Assembly (NCBI GenBank): GCA_028534125.1
Contig: CM052818.1
Span: 12,588,001 to 12,652,000 of the forward strand
DNA length: 64,000 bases
Source of the DNA: Lama glama
Taxonomy: Eukaryota
Direction: 5' to 3'
Shown: positions 13,671 through 26,200 of the stretch, piece after piece
Numbering within the stretch: position 1 is the stretch's first letter
Layout: each line of letters opens with the position of its first letter
Program-made: the position numbers and the translations under genes
The notes under the pieces: model-generated
Seen by the model: only the letters and a program-made list of their open reading frames with translations
What the model was told of the DNA's origin: nothing
The model's database searches: none

Positions 13671-15949
13671 TGAATGTTAGTGTCAATGGCACTGCCTTTT
13701 TTTTTTTGTAGACTGTGATTATACATAGACTGTTTTTCTAACTGTCAAATAAGCTTCTTCAGAGAAGACTACCTACCTTAAATCAGTGTGCAGTCTGATG
13801 TCCTGATCACAGAGCTCTGTGCATGCTTGTTTTTGAAATAATTATCTTGCAAGTACCAAAGTCAGGCTAAATGCAGACACATGATGTATTTAGAATGCAG
13901 GAGAATGTAAGAGAAAGCACTGCAGCTAAGAGCCCAATACAGCTGGGGACATTATTTTTAAGAAGTAACTTTCTATTTTGAAATGAACTGTAAGCTATGG
14001 TCGTGTTATAACACCTGCTCACACACTCCAGTGATCCCTATTTGCTGCTACTGAAACAGTTTTACTTAACATTTGTGAGAAAAGGTTCATCACTTTGAAT
14101 GCTGGATCACCTCTGAATTACATCACTCCTTAAGTGATTGACAGTCATTATAATTTTACCAAGTGTAACTGAAGATAGCAAATATTTTAATATCTGGATA
14201 TTAATATTAATATAAATTTCCTGGGGTGTTCGTGCATCAAAGAAAGTCATCTTGAAAACTTGTATATTTAATTTCAGGGGACTCTGAAAATAGTATGGTA
14301 ACTTTTTAAAATTCTATAGCTTTGGAACATTTCCATAAATGCAATGAGACAAAGCTCATGTGTGTGCACACGTGCACTGTGGGTATATTTATAGCAACTA
14401 AGTTAGGATCAATATTTCGAGAAATGGTAAGGACGTGATTGAATAGAAAAATAATAGGAATTTTATTAATTGTAAGTAATTTCCACATTAATTATCGATT
14501 AGTGCTGATATTAATCTAGATTAAGACACAACTAAATCCTTAGGAGGCAAGCTCTTCTTAAGTAAACAAGTACCAGTCACCTGGAACTAACAGTAAAGTG
14601 AATTAAAATGATGACAGGACAAGAAGGAAGATAGTCATCAACAATCATTTTTCCTGTGAAAATTAATTATAAATAATTTAGTAGAAATATAGATGAAAGT
14701 GAAAGTTCAAAAAACGTAATTTGTATAAAAAAGGGAGAAAATGAATCCACTAAATATATCCCTTAAGATAGATTAGGAGAACACACTTCCAGTTTCAAAT
14801 ATTGACACATCTGGATTCTCTGGAGAGAGTATCTCCAGAGAATGATAAATCCTTCTCCAGCAGATTATTTTAAAGTAAAAATCATCTGATTTCAGTTCCC
14901 TTTTTGACACCAGAATATATCAGTTAATCATTTCAGATCCTCCCCCATCACTTTCTCCCAAAGAATACTAATAAAATTCCCACTGAAATATAAAATCAGC
15001 AGGAAAAAGAATGCAGTCATCTCCGCAAGAAGTACTTGCCAAGTTTTTCTCCAAACTGCATTATTTGAAGAGAAATGCAAATGGTTATAGAAATCTTATT
15101 TTTAAGTGGTTATATTTTTTGAAAATCTCATTTCTCTCTTGACTCCTTAGTACCAAATTTCTCAATAAATACAAATTATGTTTAAAATATATATATATTT
15201 TGTAAAAGTAAGGCAGGAAGAACTAGAAAAACCTGCATTCTTCATTGTATAAATATATTTTTTCAACAATAGGAGAAAACATTAGGAGAAAATTAAGATG
15301 ATAGACAAGACAAATATTTCTTTCCTTACTGTTCCCTACCACACACAATGAATTTCAGAAATGTGAATAATATTCTTAATAGCTAAGCTGATCTCCTTTC
15401 TTTTTTCAATAACTTCTATGTGTAAGCTTAATTAAAATAATTGTATCCCAAAGCAAAGCAACCTGATGCTGTTATTAGGTAGCTAAATTATTTTTGAAAC
15501 ACTGGAAATTGTTCAGTGACCATAACAGGATTTCTGTTTTGGGAAATTCTGAACTATGTAGGTTATTTTTTAGAAAGGAGGCAGAGAGCAGGGATTTACT
15601 TTATTTTAAAGTATCCAGGTAATTTTCAGTATTTGTATGAAAAGTACTGATATATATTTTGAAATTGAGTAGTAGTAATATATTCAAAGCTTAATAGCAA
15701 CTACTTAATGCTATAAAACAATATGCAACAAACATGCTAGAACATCTCTTGGCTCATGTTCAATTATGATATTAATATTAAATTCACAATAAAGGAAAAT
15801 ACAACAACAATTTTAAAATTCTTGATAGAAAAAGGTTATCTAAATCACATTTTTAAACAATATTAAGTAATATAATGTGTCAGTCTGCAAACAGTATTTT
15901 CAATGCATTCCTTATAGACTTTCTGTTAGTACAAAACTCAAAACTTAAA

Positions 15950-18615
15950 AGGATTTCTAGTCTGGCAATGTGAGGAGCTCTGTGGACATGCTCTGCAGTG
16001 AAACTGGTGAAAATTATTAAAAGTAAAATCCCAACCATTAAAATCTGTGGAAATGGTCTTAAGGACATATAGCAAATAAAGAAATATGTATTCAAGAAAA
16101 TCTGCTAAAGCTCAGTAAGAAGAGTAAGAGTCTGTGATTGTTGAACTAAGACTCACTCCGTCTCTCCCCTCTCTCAGGTGAGTGAGATGGAAACTCGAAC
16201 TCCATACTGACACAGCCAAGCACATAAGAGCCCCCACTACCTACAGGTCCTAGTTAGAGGGCTATTTAGAAGAAGCTAGACATCATATTTTCTCCTGCTG
16301 CCCCTAGCTACTTATTTTTGAGGTTTAGTTCTAGAAATGTGAAACAGTGATACTGGGGGGTGTCTTCTCCCACCCAGTCCTCACTTAGGAGATAAAGGTT
16401 CTACCATGGACGAGACAGCACTGAGGTGCCTAGGGTCCTAATCTCTCATGCCTTGACAAAGGAGACCTGGAGTTGATGCTCTCCCACTCCAACAAAATGT
16501 CCTGTTCCTAAATTGAGTGTCACTCAGAGAGAAATGTACCATTATCCCACCCTCAGCATGAGAGACATGGCCCAAAGTTTTTGCCCAGGGAAGCACAGGC
16601 CATATTGCAGAGAGCTCTTAATCTCTTTTTAAAGAAAGTAACTTAATTTGCAACAGAATTTGGAGAAGTTTAAATCTAAGGGCAGTCAAAAATAGTGGAG
16701 ACTGTCATGAAAGACAGGGATGAGATCGATTCACTGAGGATATAGGCTGTAGGCAGGCTTATCTGCAAGAGACAAATGAGGAAAGAAACAGCAGGGAGAA
16801 GCCTTTATGGGTGAAGACAAATATCAAACACTAACCATAAGACTATCTCTTTAAAAGAGTCTGAGTTTGATTGGATTGGTCTGAGCAACTTTTGTTCCAC
16901 AGCATTGTTGTGAATGATGGACAATGAGCCAGTAATTAGTACCACTTAACAGATGGGTCTGGATAAGGAAAGAGTCTTGCTGAAGGCGATGTTATCCCAA
17001 AGTGACTGGGGGCATACCCAACGCTATGTCCCCTGAGAAACAATGTCAAAGACTTTATAATGCATGGGAGAAATAAACTTCACCAAACTGGATTACAAAG
17101 TAATCCAGCCAGTCAGCTGGATTTGTTATGGAAATTGATCATTTGGTTTTAAAATTCACATGGAATTACAAGAGACTTGGAATAGTCAAAACAATCCTGA
17201 TAAAGAACGAAATAAGAAAACTCATATTTTCCTATTTCAAAACTTACTGCAGAGAAATATTAATCAGGATAGTGATGCTTGCCAGTGTGGTACTGGCATG
17301 AAAATAGACTTAAAGATCAATTAAATAGGATTGAGATCTCAGAAATAAGCATGTGTCTATGGGCCCTACCAAAATTCAATGGGGGAAAAGATGATCTTTT
17401 CAAAAAATGGTAATGGGACAGTTGGAAAACCACATGCCAGAGAATGAAATTGGACCCTTTTACCTCACGCCATACACAAAAATTAACTCAAAAGCCCCAA
17501 TGTGAGAGCTAAAACTATACAACTCTTAGAAGAAAACATAGGGATGAAACTTTTGAACTTTTATAAAGCAATTGGTTCTTAAAGAACAACAACGAAAAAA
17601 TAGAGAAGTTGGAATTTATCAAAATTAAAACTTTACTGCTTCAATGAACACTATTAAAAGACCACCTACAGAATGGGAGAAAATAGTTACAAATAATATG
17701 TCTGGTAAAGGACTTGCACTTAGAATATATATAAAAAAACCTCTCACATTGAAATATAAAAAAGATACACAATTCAGTTTAAAAATGATCAAAGGATCTG
17801 AATAGACATCTCTTATAATGTCTATAATAAGACAAAGAGCATATGAAGAGATGCTAGACATCATTAGTCATCAGAGAAGTGCTAACCAAATTCACAATGA
17901 GATGCCACTTGACATGCAATAGGATGGCTAAACTCAAAATTTCAAATAATAAATTTTGGTGAGGATATAGAGAAATTGGAACTCTCAAGCTCTGCTGGTT
18001 GAAATGTAAAATAGCGCAACCATTTTGGGAAACACTCTGGCAGTTCTAATGGTTAAACATAAAATGACCATATGACCCAACAATTCCATTCCTTTGCATA
18101 TACACCTAAGAGACATAAAAATGTATGTCCACCCAAAACTTGTAATAAACGCTTACAGCAGTATTATTTCTAATAGTCAAAAAGTGTAAACAATCTAAAT
18201 GCCCATTAATTTATAGATATAGAAAATGTAGATCCATACAATGGAATATATAATTCCACGAAAAAGCAATGGGTCACTGATACATGCTATAATGTGGATG
18301 AACTTTGAAAACATTAGGCTGAGAGAAAGAAGCCAGTCATGGAAGCCCGCATATCATATTATTCCATTTATGTACAAAGCCCAGAGGAGGCAAATCTGTA
18401 GAGACAGTGGTGGCTTAGGGTTGATGATACGACAGAATAAATGGCGAGAGAATAGCTATATGGTATGGATTTTGTTTTTTAAGGTGACTAAGATGTTCTA
18501 AAACTAACTGTGGTGATACTTGTACATATCTGTGAATATACTAATAATCACTGATTTATACAGTTTAAATGGGTAAATTAAATGGCAAGTAAATTATGTC
18601 TCAATAAAGCTGTTA
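15950..18615 (+). mobile_element. Internally deleted L1 (L1M4/L1MB-like 5' UTR ~15950-17110 joined to ORF2 C-terminus and L1MB-like 3' UTR ~17112-18615)
   Basis: 5' end 'tctggcaatgtgaggagctctgtggacatgctctgcagtgaaactggtgaaaatt'. ORF2 resumes at 'gaaattgatcatttggttttaaaattcacatggaa'. 3' end 'tctcaataaagctgtt'. Confidence 0.75.
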
Positions 18616-18895
18616 CAATAGGTTCAAAATATAGTCAACTTGAAATCCAGTATATATGATACAATCTACTGGAATGTTAATGGAAATATGCTTGGTTGCA
18701 CTAATACATCGAAAACATTGGAATTAAACAGGCATAAATAAGTGGAGAACACAGTATTACTATACATCTAATCATGTACAAGATACCACGGCATTAACAA
18801 CTACCTCACTCTAATAGCTTCCTTGTTTAATTATTTTAACATTATCAAGCACTGTGCACTTTTGCTTGGATCGTCTGTTTTTTTTTCCTTGACAG

Positions 18896-18998
18896 TGGCA
18901 GATTTTACAGTTTAACTTGGGGAGCTTTTGATTCTATGCTTTGTCATATAGGAGATACGGACTTTAATCCTTTAATAAAGGAGTTAGTTTAGCACATG
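18896..18998 (+). other. Candidate non-coding exon (103 nt)
   Basis: Acceptor 'gtttttttttccttgacag|' and donor 'CATG|gtgagt'; stop codons in all three frames. Confidence 0.25.
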
Positions 18999-19649
18999 GT
19001 GAGTAGAATGTGTTGACTTGAACGACACCATTATCTTACTCCTACCGATCCACAAATTATGCCTTGAACTGCCTTTCATTGTCCACCACCTTTAAATACG
19101 GAAGCCACCATTTGCAGTCCATAATCTTTTTTTTAGCCATTCAGTGTGTTACCATCTGTACCTAGGACCATGAGCTGAGCTGTAAATTTCCTGGGGTAAT
19201 TTAGACAGCCCATTCACAGACAACTTGTGATAATACTATTCCTGGCTTGATCTGTGGATAATTATTCCACCCTCTTCTCTAACCGGTTTGGTTTATTTAC
19301 AAGCTAGAAAAGAATAAAAAAGCAAAGCTTGTTCTGAAAGAAATATAGATGAAGAATAGAGTCATTGCCCACAATTTATGCGTGTTGGAAAGAAGCATTT
19401 TGAGCTGAATCATCTAATTTAAAGTTACTTCTTAGGGTCACCAGTGAGATGTAGTCTTCTCAGCTCTACCTACTCCCACTCCTCCCCTACCCCCACCAAA
19501 CACAACAACAGCAACTTGTTAAAAAAAATCCGGACACTCATATCTCCTCAAGTGGGCTGCTTGGCTGTTCGAGTGGGGCAAATGAGAAATTATGGAAGTT
19601 GGAATCCATATACGTGGCTCATTTTTTTCCTTTATAAAGATTTTAAAAT

Positions 19650-19763
19650 TTAATATTAACTAATACTTATTAAGCATTATGTGCTCTGCATTATTCTAAA
19701 CAGTTTATATAAACACATTAATTCTTATAAGGTTATGAAATGAATACTATTATCTCGATTTTA
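19650..19763 (-). mobile_element. MIR, left half of an element split by the L1 insertion
   Basis: 'taatacttattaagcattatgtgctctgcattattctaaacagttt...tactattatctcgatttta'; continues at 22521. Confidence 0.6.
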
Positions 19764-20166
19764 TTCAATTATATTTGAATTAATTTTTGTGATTCAATGT
19801 TTTTATAGATTATACTCCATTTAAAATTATTTAAAAATGGCTGTATTTCACTCTGCTGTAAAATATATCCTTGTTGCTTATCTAATTTATACATAGTAGT
19901 TCCTAACTCTGAATTCCCTCAACCTGCCCCTCCCACCTTTCTCCCCACTCATAACCCACTAGTTTGTTTTCTATATCTGTGAGTTAGTTTCTGTTTATTT
20001 ATATAAACTTGTTTGTTTTATGTTTTAGAATCCATATACAAGTGACAACATACAGTATTTGTCTTTCTCTGTCTGACTTATTTCACTTAGCATAATACTC
20101 TCCAGGTCCATCCACATTGTTGCAAATGGCAGAATTTCATTCTTTTTTATGGCTAATATTCCATTT

Positions 20167-20197
<31 letters not shown>

Positions 20198-22520
20198 ACC
20201 ACATCTTCTTTATCCACTCATCTGCTGATGGGCACTTATCTTGGCTATAGTAAATAAGGCTTCTTTGAACATTAGGGTGCATGTATCTTTTTCAATAAAT
20301 GTTTTCATCTTTTTCAAATATATACCCAGGAGTGGAGTTGCTGGATCATATGTTAGTTCTATTTTTAGTTTTTTGAGAAACCTCCATATTGTTTTCCATG
20401 GTGGCTGCACCAAACTACGTTCTGACCAGCACTGTACCAGAATTCCATTTCTCCACATCCTTGCCAATATCTGTTATTTGTAAATATTTGATGATAGCCA
20501 TCCTGACAGGTGTATCATATTGTGGTTCTGACTTGTATTTTACTAATAATTAGCAATGTAGAGCATCTTTTCATGTGCCTGTTAGCCATTTGTATATCTT
20601 CTTTGGAAAAATGTCTATTCAAGTCTTCTGCTTGTTTTTTAATTAGGTTGTTTTTTAAATTTTAGTTGTATAAGCTGTTTACATTTTTTCAATATTAACC
20701 TTTTATCAGTCATATTTGCAAATATTTTCTCCCATTCCATAGGTTGTCTTTCTTTCTTTTCATTTTGCTGATGGTTTCCTTTGTTGTGCAAGAGCTTGTC
20801 CATTTGTTCTATATTCTCTTCCAAGAGTTTTATGGTTTCAGGTCTTACATCTAGATTTTTAATCTATTTTGGGTTTATTTTTGTATATGGTATGAGAAAA
20901 TATTTTAATCTCATTCTTTTTGCATGTAGCTGTCCAGTTTTCCCCACAAATTATTTCCCAGGTAAATAAACTGTCTTTTCTCCATTGAACATTCTTGCCT
21001 CCTTTGTCATGAGTTAACTAACCACTGGTGTGTGAGGTATTCCTGGGCTCTCTGTCTGTGTGTCTGTGTTTGTGCCAGTACCATTGCTGTTGGGGTTCCT
21101 GTAGCTCTGTAATTGAGGTCAGGAATTGAAATACCTCCAGCTTTGTTCTTTTTTCTCAAGATTGCTTTGGCAATTCAGGATCTTTCGTAGTTCCATATAA
21201 GTTTTTAGGTGAAATAGTTACCTGTTGTGGCTTTGAGTGATGTCCTTATGTGAAAGTATTCTTATACAATTGTGTTTGGCCAGTGGTTTTGGTGGGAGAG
21301 CTGGATTTGATATGAACAGAAGGTATCTTGTTCCTCAGGGTGTGATGGCAATTATCACCTTAATAGGAGGTGAGGCTGGAGATGGAGGGGCTATGGCCTG
21401 AGTCAGGTGGGAGAAGGGTCTTCCCCTCTGCTCAGGGGCTGTCAATACCCTATTGAGGGTGAGATCAGACCCTAAGTTGCTGGAGCCGAAGCCCTAAGGG
21501 TTGGGTCTGAGCTGGCTTTGTTCACTTTTAAGTGTGTGTTCTCCCCTGTCCCTGCACGAGTACCCTTTGCTCCAGAGGGGAGCAATGATGAAGCAAGAGG
21601 GTCCCTACAGGTTCTTGGCTCATGACAGAGCATGGGCTACTGTGGCTGGACGCATATAGAGATCTAGGCTGCCCTGATGTGCTGCCTATTCACGTGCCAG
21701 CATTGGCAGCCCCCCGCTCCTCTCAGTCTCTTTTGTCCCTCACAGCCGATGACTACCCCCCAGCCTCTGCTGCGCCTGCCCCTGCCCTGTAGTGGAGCCA
21801 CCTCGCAGGGCAGGCAGGGCCCGTGTGGTCTCTTGGCATGTAACAGGGTGTGGACTACGGTGGTCCAGCTGCCGTCGGAGATTGGGACCACCCCGATGTG
21901 CTGCCTGTGTAAGGGTCAGCAGTGGCTGCCCTAGCCACACTCAGGTGCAGCCCTGGGTCTAAGTTGTCTCTTTGTCTCACAGTCAAGCTCACTCTCTCGT
22001 TGTGGCAGCCCTCACTCCAGTGGAGAGCTGCAAGGTGAAGTAAGCAGGGCTGGAGCATTTGCTCAGCTCAGGCTGGGGGCTTGTGCCTTCACAGTCATGA
22101 GAAATCGGCCACCCCTCGGGCAGTCCTCCTTCTGCCCTCTGCCCTGTCTAACAACAGCCAGCTCCTCACAAGGAGAGTCCGGGCTTCCCACAGCCCTCCT
22201 GTTGGTCCCCGTGGCTGCCCAACCAGACAAGTGTGTTCATCTTCCCCGTGTGGGACCCAGGACTGGGGCGCCCCAGGGTGACTCTACCTGTGTTTCTCCC
22301 TTTTCCTCTGAGTCCCGTCCCAGGGGCACAGGTTCCAACCCGATCACTTCTCTCACCTGATTCCTTTTGGAGCTTTCTTACAGCCTTGAATGTACCTGAG
22401 TCTTTCTGCCAGTTTCCAGTTAGTTTTCAGTGAGAATTGTTCCACATGTAGATACATATTTGATGTATTCATGGGGGGAGATGACTCCCCATCCTCCTAC
22501 TTAGCCGTCATTTCTTCCTC
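19764..22520 (-). mobile_element. Internally deleted L1 of Laurasiatherian/cetartiodactyl type (5' UTR ~21210-22520 fused to ORF2 C-terminus and 3' UTR 19764-21209), with 13-bp TSD
   Basis: Minus-strand start 'gaggaagaaatgacggctaagtaggaggatggggagtcatctccccccatgaatacatcaaatatgtatctacatgtggaacaattctcactgaaaac' is a typical L1 5' end. The ORF track shows ORF2 C-terminal-like peptides (20025-20467, '[23 protein letters not shown]'). TSD tatctcgatttta (19751-19763) / tatcccaatttta (22521-22533). Confidence 0.9.
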
Positions 22521-22600
22521 TATCCCAATTTTAGGTTGAGAAGTTAAGCAACTTGCCAAAGGTCACCCAGCTAGTGAACAGCAAAGCCAGCTGGCTGACT
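22521..22600 (-). mobile_element. MIR, right half of the split element
   Basis: 'gagaagttaagcaacttgccaaaggtcacccagctagtgaacagcaaagccag'. Confidence 0.75.
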
Positions 22601-23208
22601 GAATACACAGGGTCCTTACATGGTAGTCGTACTGTTGTACCATTTCTGGACATGAATTTAGCATCATTTGCTATTTCTAGAACATAAGATAGCATCCAGG
22701 GCAACATTATGTTTCCTGTTTGAAGCTCAGAAATAGTATTGGAAGGAAAGCATCCATCATGGAAAGAAAATAGGCTGTTTCTAGTAGATTAAACAGTGTT
22801 GCACAAATCAGTGTTAGGTTGTTTCAGTGAATGACACAAAATTCAAGAACTCAAAGGGATCACTGTCGTGTATCTTAAGCACTATGTGCCTAACGTATAT
22901 ATGGAAATTAACAGATGTTACCGCTTTCAACTTTACTGCCCATGATCTGAGTTACCATACCTTCAAGCTATTGTTAAATGATAGCTATGCACCTTTTCAT
23001 TAGAAGTAAAATATCTGAAAAATGATTTAGGGGACACAGTTCTTTCATAAAATGATGTAGGATATTAAAGTCACAGAACATAAGGAAAATTAAAAGGCAA
23101 AAACTTAAAGTCCTTGAGAGTTTTATTGCTTGCTGCATTTGTATTAATGGAATGAGAGTTAAAAGATTTTCTAAGTTTGATATGACAGCAGTTAATCATT
23201 ATATTTGG

Positions 23209-23275
23209 TGTGTGTGTGTATGTGTATATATATATATATATCTTATAGATTATATATATATTTTATATATATATA
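23209..23275. repeat. (TG)n/(TA)n microsatellite
   Basis: Directly visible. Confidence 0.9.
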
Positions 23276-26200
23276 AAATTTTATAGGTTTCTTTTTAAAG
23301 ATAAAAGCTGATTTAATTTTTTAACTTATGGGATTATTAATCAAAATATGAAGTAAATTAAAAATACAAAATTGTTATTTTAGGGAGGAGTGTTCTCTCA
23401 TCTTCGAAGACTAATCTTCAGCAAGGAGAATGAGACTTGAGAGATTATTTTTTTATAAATGCTTAGAAAAAATATTATTTGTTATTTAAAATTCTGAACA
23501 TGTCTCAGACTGATTTGTCAAAACCGATACTCACTTTTTCTAGAAAATGAATGTATTTCAGTGTAAAGCCTCTCTTCTAGAATTGTATTATAAAAGAAAA
23601 ATGTAAATAATATCTATGATAAATATGTTATGCAAAGTCAAGAAGATGGTAATGATTTGGGAGTCTCCTTAATATAACTGACTTTCTTATTTAAATGCAA
23701 TTCCTTACTCTTATTTCTAAGCAATATATAACATTAAATTGCTTGAATTATTGCTATTATTCATTGGAAACATATGACATACATTTCAGAATATTTGTAT
23801 AATGGAACAAATATTATAAGGGCTTGAATGGCAAATTCAACTGGAATAAATTATACATAAACACATAAACAGAGGCTCTAAAATGCCATTTCTTTAATAA
23901 GGGTTTACTGTGATAGGCAGTACTTTGTGGTTGGTTACAACTTCCTTCCGTTAACCAAAGGTAGAGATGTAAGAGAAGACGGTATGGAGGGGAAACATTT
24001 TGAATATGTTGATTTCTCAATGTCTGTGAAACATAAAGGTGGGACTGTTCACTGGGAAAATGAAAATAAAGGTCTGGAAATTCATGGATATAGTTTGATC
24101 AAGCACTAGATCTGAGATTTCTCAAAATGTGGAAATTGAAGTGTAGACTGTTTCAGGTTTGTAATTTTCAAAGGAAGTCCTGCATAAAACACAAGCAAGC
24201 AAGGGAACAGAGCGTACTGGGTTGAATGATTACCAATGGGAGCTGGATGGATTAGTCAGTATGTGAAAGTTAGCAGGGAGAAAATGGGTTTTTAAAAAGG
24301 GATGGGCATTAGACTGAGGAAAAAGGATAGATTAGGGGACCAAGGGGCTCAATAACATGGAAGAGTAGCTACATTAAATACACAGAAAGGAGAGTTAGGA
24401 GAGGCCGTGTCATAAGGTGAAGTTAGTCATTCTAGATGATACTAAGGTTCACATTGCACCATGCTACCTCCAATACATTGATAAAATGCTGTCAAGGATT
24501 TACGAGTCTAAAATGTTGTAAATACCAGCTGATTGGGACATATATGGCAATAAGGTGGCAGGCATCTGGTGAAGAGGAAGACTCTGATTTAGGAATCAGT
24601 CAGGGTGAATTGGAGTCAGTATAAGAAAATGAGATTTCTTATTTGCAAATTCTGCAATTATACAGATGCAGTCTTTACTAGCTACTGAATCAATGAATGA
24701 ACTAGCCCATATTATTATTATTTATTTTTATTTTTTTCTCAGTCATATAAAGGCAGAGATTTGGAATGTTTCTTTCAGCTGTGGTGAAAACAGTTTCCAA
24801 TAGCTTTCTATAAAACTCCTTCATAATCTAAGCCTGTTATAGCAAGAGTGGGATTAGTTATGCAAACCTGCTAGATTTAAACAGTCAAATGATACCTGAA
24901 AGAAACTTCCCAACTCCGTAGACAACTACCTTCAGGATTTCTTCCTGATTCTCATGAGTAAATGTATCTTGATTGAAGTGAAAGTTCAACAAACTTGCTG
25001 TGCCTCTGAAATTTATGATAAACTACTCCATGCCAACTACATGTAAATTATAAAAAGACTTTAAAACAATATAAAAAGTTAGAAAATCTCTTATGAACAC
25101 CAGCTGCAGGAAACTGTATTAAAGTGAAAAGGTTTGAGTCAAAAGTATGCTGAACAAAAAGAAGGGTAAAGCTAACTGAGGAAAAATATTACTTTAGATA
25201 ACATAACTCATTTGAGCCATCATATATTTCTTACCATCAGTTAAACATAATGATCTTAACGAGAGTAGAATTCACCATGCATAAGTGCAAGTTTATTTCA
25301 ACAAAGAGATGTTCCACCTTGTAGTCTTCAGATACCTGCTCACAAGTCACCTGTCCAGTTTATCATATGGATGTTGACGCAACATTGACTTCACAGATAC
25401 AATGGCAATTGCTGTATTTCTCAAGCATTAGATGTGTGAGTGAAGTTGATAGATGAGAAAAGAAGGGAAAATTGTTCTAATGTATTTTGCAACTGCTCAA
25501 AACTGAGGAAGAGGATTTGAATCACTCAACAGAGGAAGAAGATTGCCATTTATCATTAATTTATCCCATCCACCAACATTCCCATCAGTTAGCCAAATAT
25601 AGAGACATGTCAGTCAACTACCACCAACAATCTTAGATTGTTTTGTTACTTTGCTTCAGTGAGAAAATTCTTCATCTTAAGTATCTTAGTTTGATTTCTG
25701 CTTTAGTAAATACTGGTACTGTACTATTTTGGAGGAAGGGATACATACATACACAGTCTCTTATTCAAATGAATTTTCAGTGAAACAAAAAATTCCAGTG
25801 CCATCTCAAATCTGGTTAGTCTCTTAAAATTTGTTGTACTGAAATAAAATATGAAAAAGATTATGTTAAACAATCACTGGATAATAGCATCCTTTCTAGA
25901 GTATCTAATAAATAAATTCCTAAACTTATGTTGAAAAAGTTGTCAAAATAATTTAAATTTTTAGCTGTAAAACAGGATCCAGAGTTATGTTAACATACGT
26001 AGAGAGAACCCTGCTTATTTCCTGACCTTCTATCAAACAAGAGAAATAGAAGTTATTTGGAAAGCTTTTCCTAAGGCAAGGGCTCGAGATGACATAAAAG
26101 AACAGCGGTACTTAGGATGACCTGTGAGTCCTTCCAGGTCTGTAATTCACTCTCAAACAACCCCAACACCTACAATGTGTATATTATTAATATTATGCTA

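Noticed and set aside
21664..22433. Cluster of overlapping GC-rich ORFs suggesting a gene or CpG island
   Set aside because: Explained by the stop-poor, GC-rich L1 5' UTR.
23985..24620. Purine-rich stretch faintly like antisense L2
   Set aside because: Too diverged to call or delimit without an alignment.
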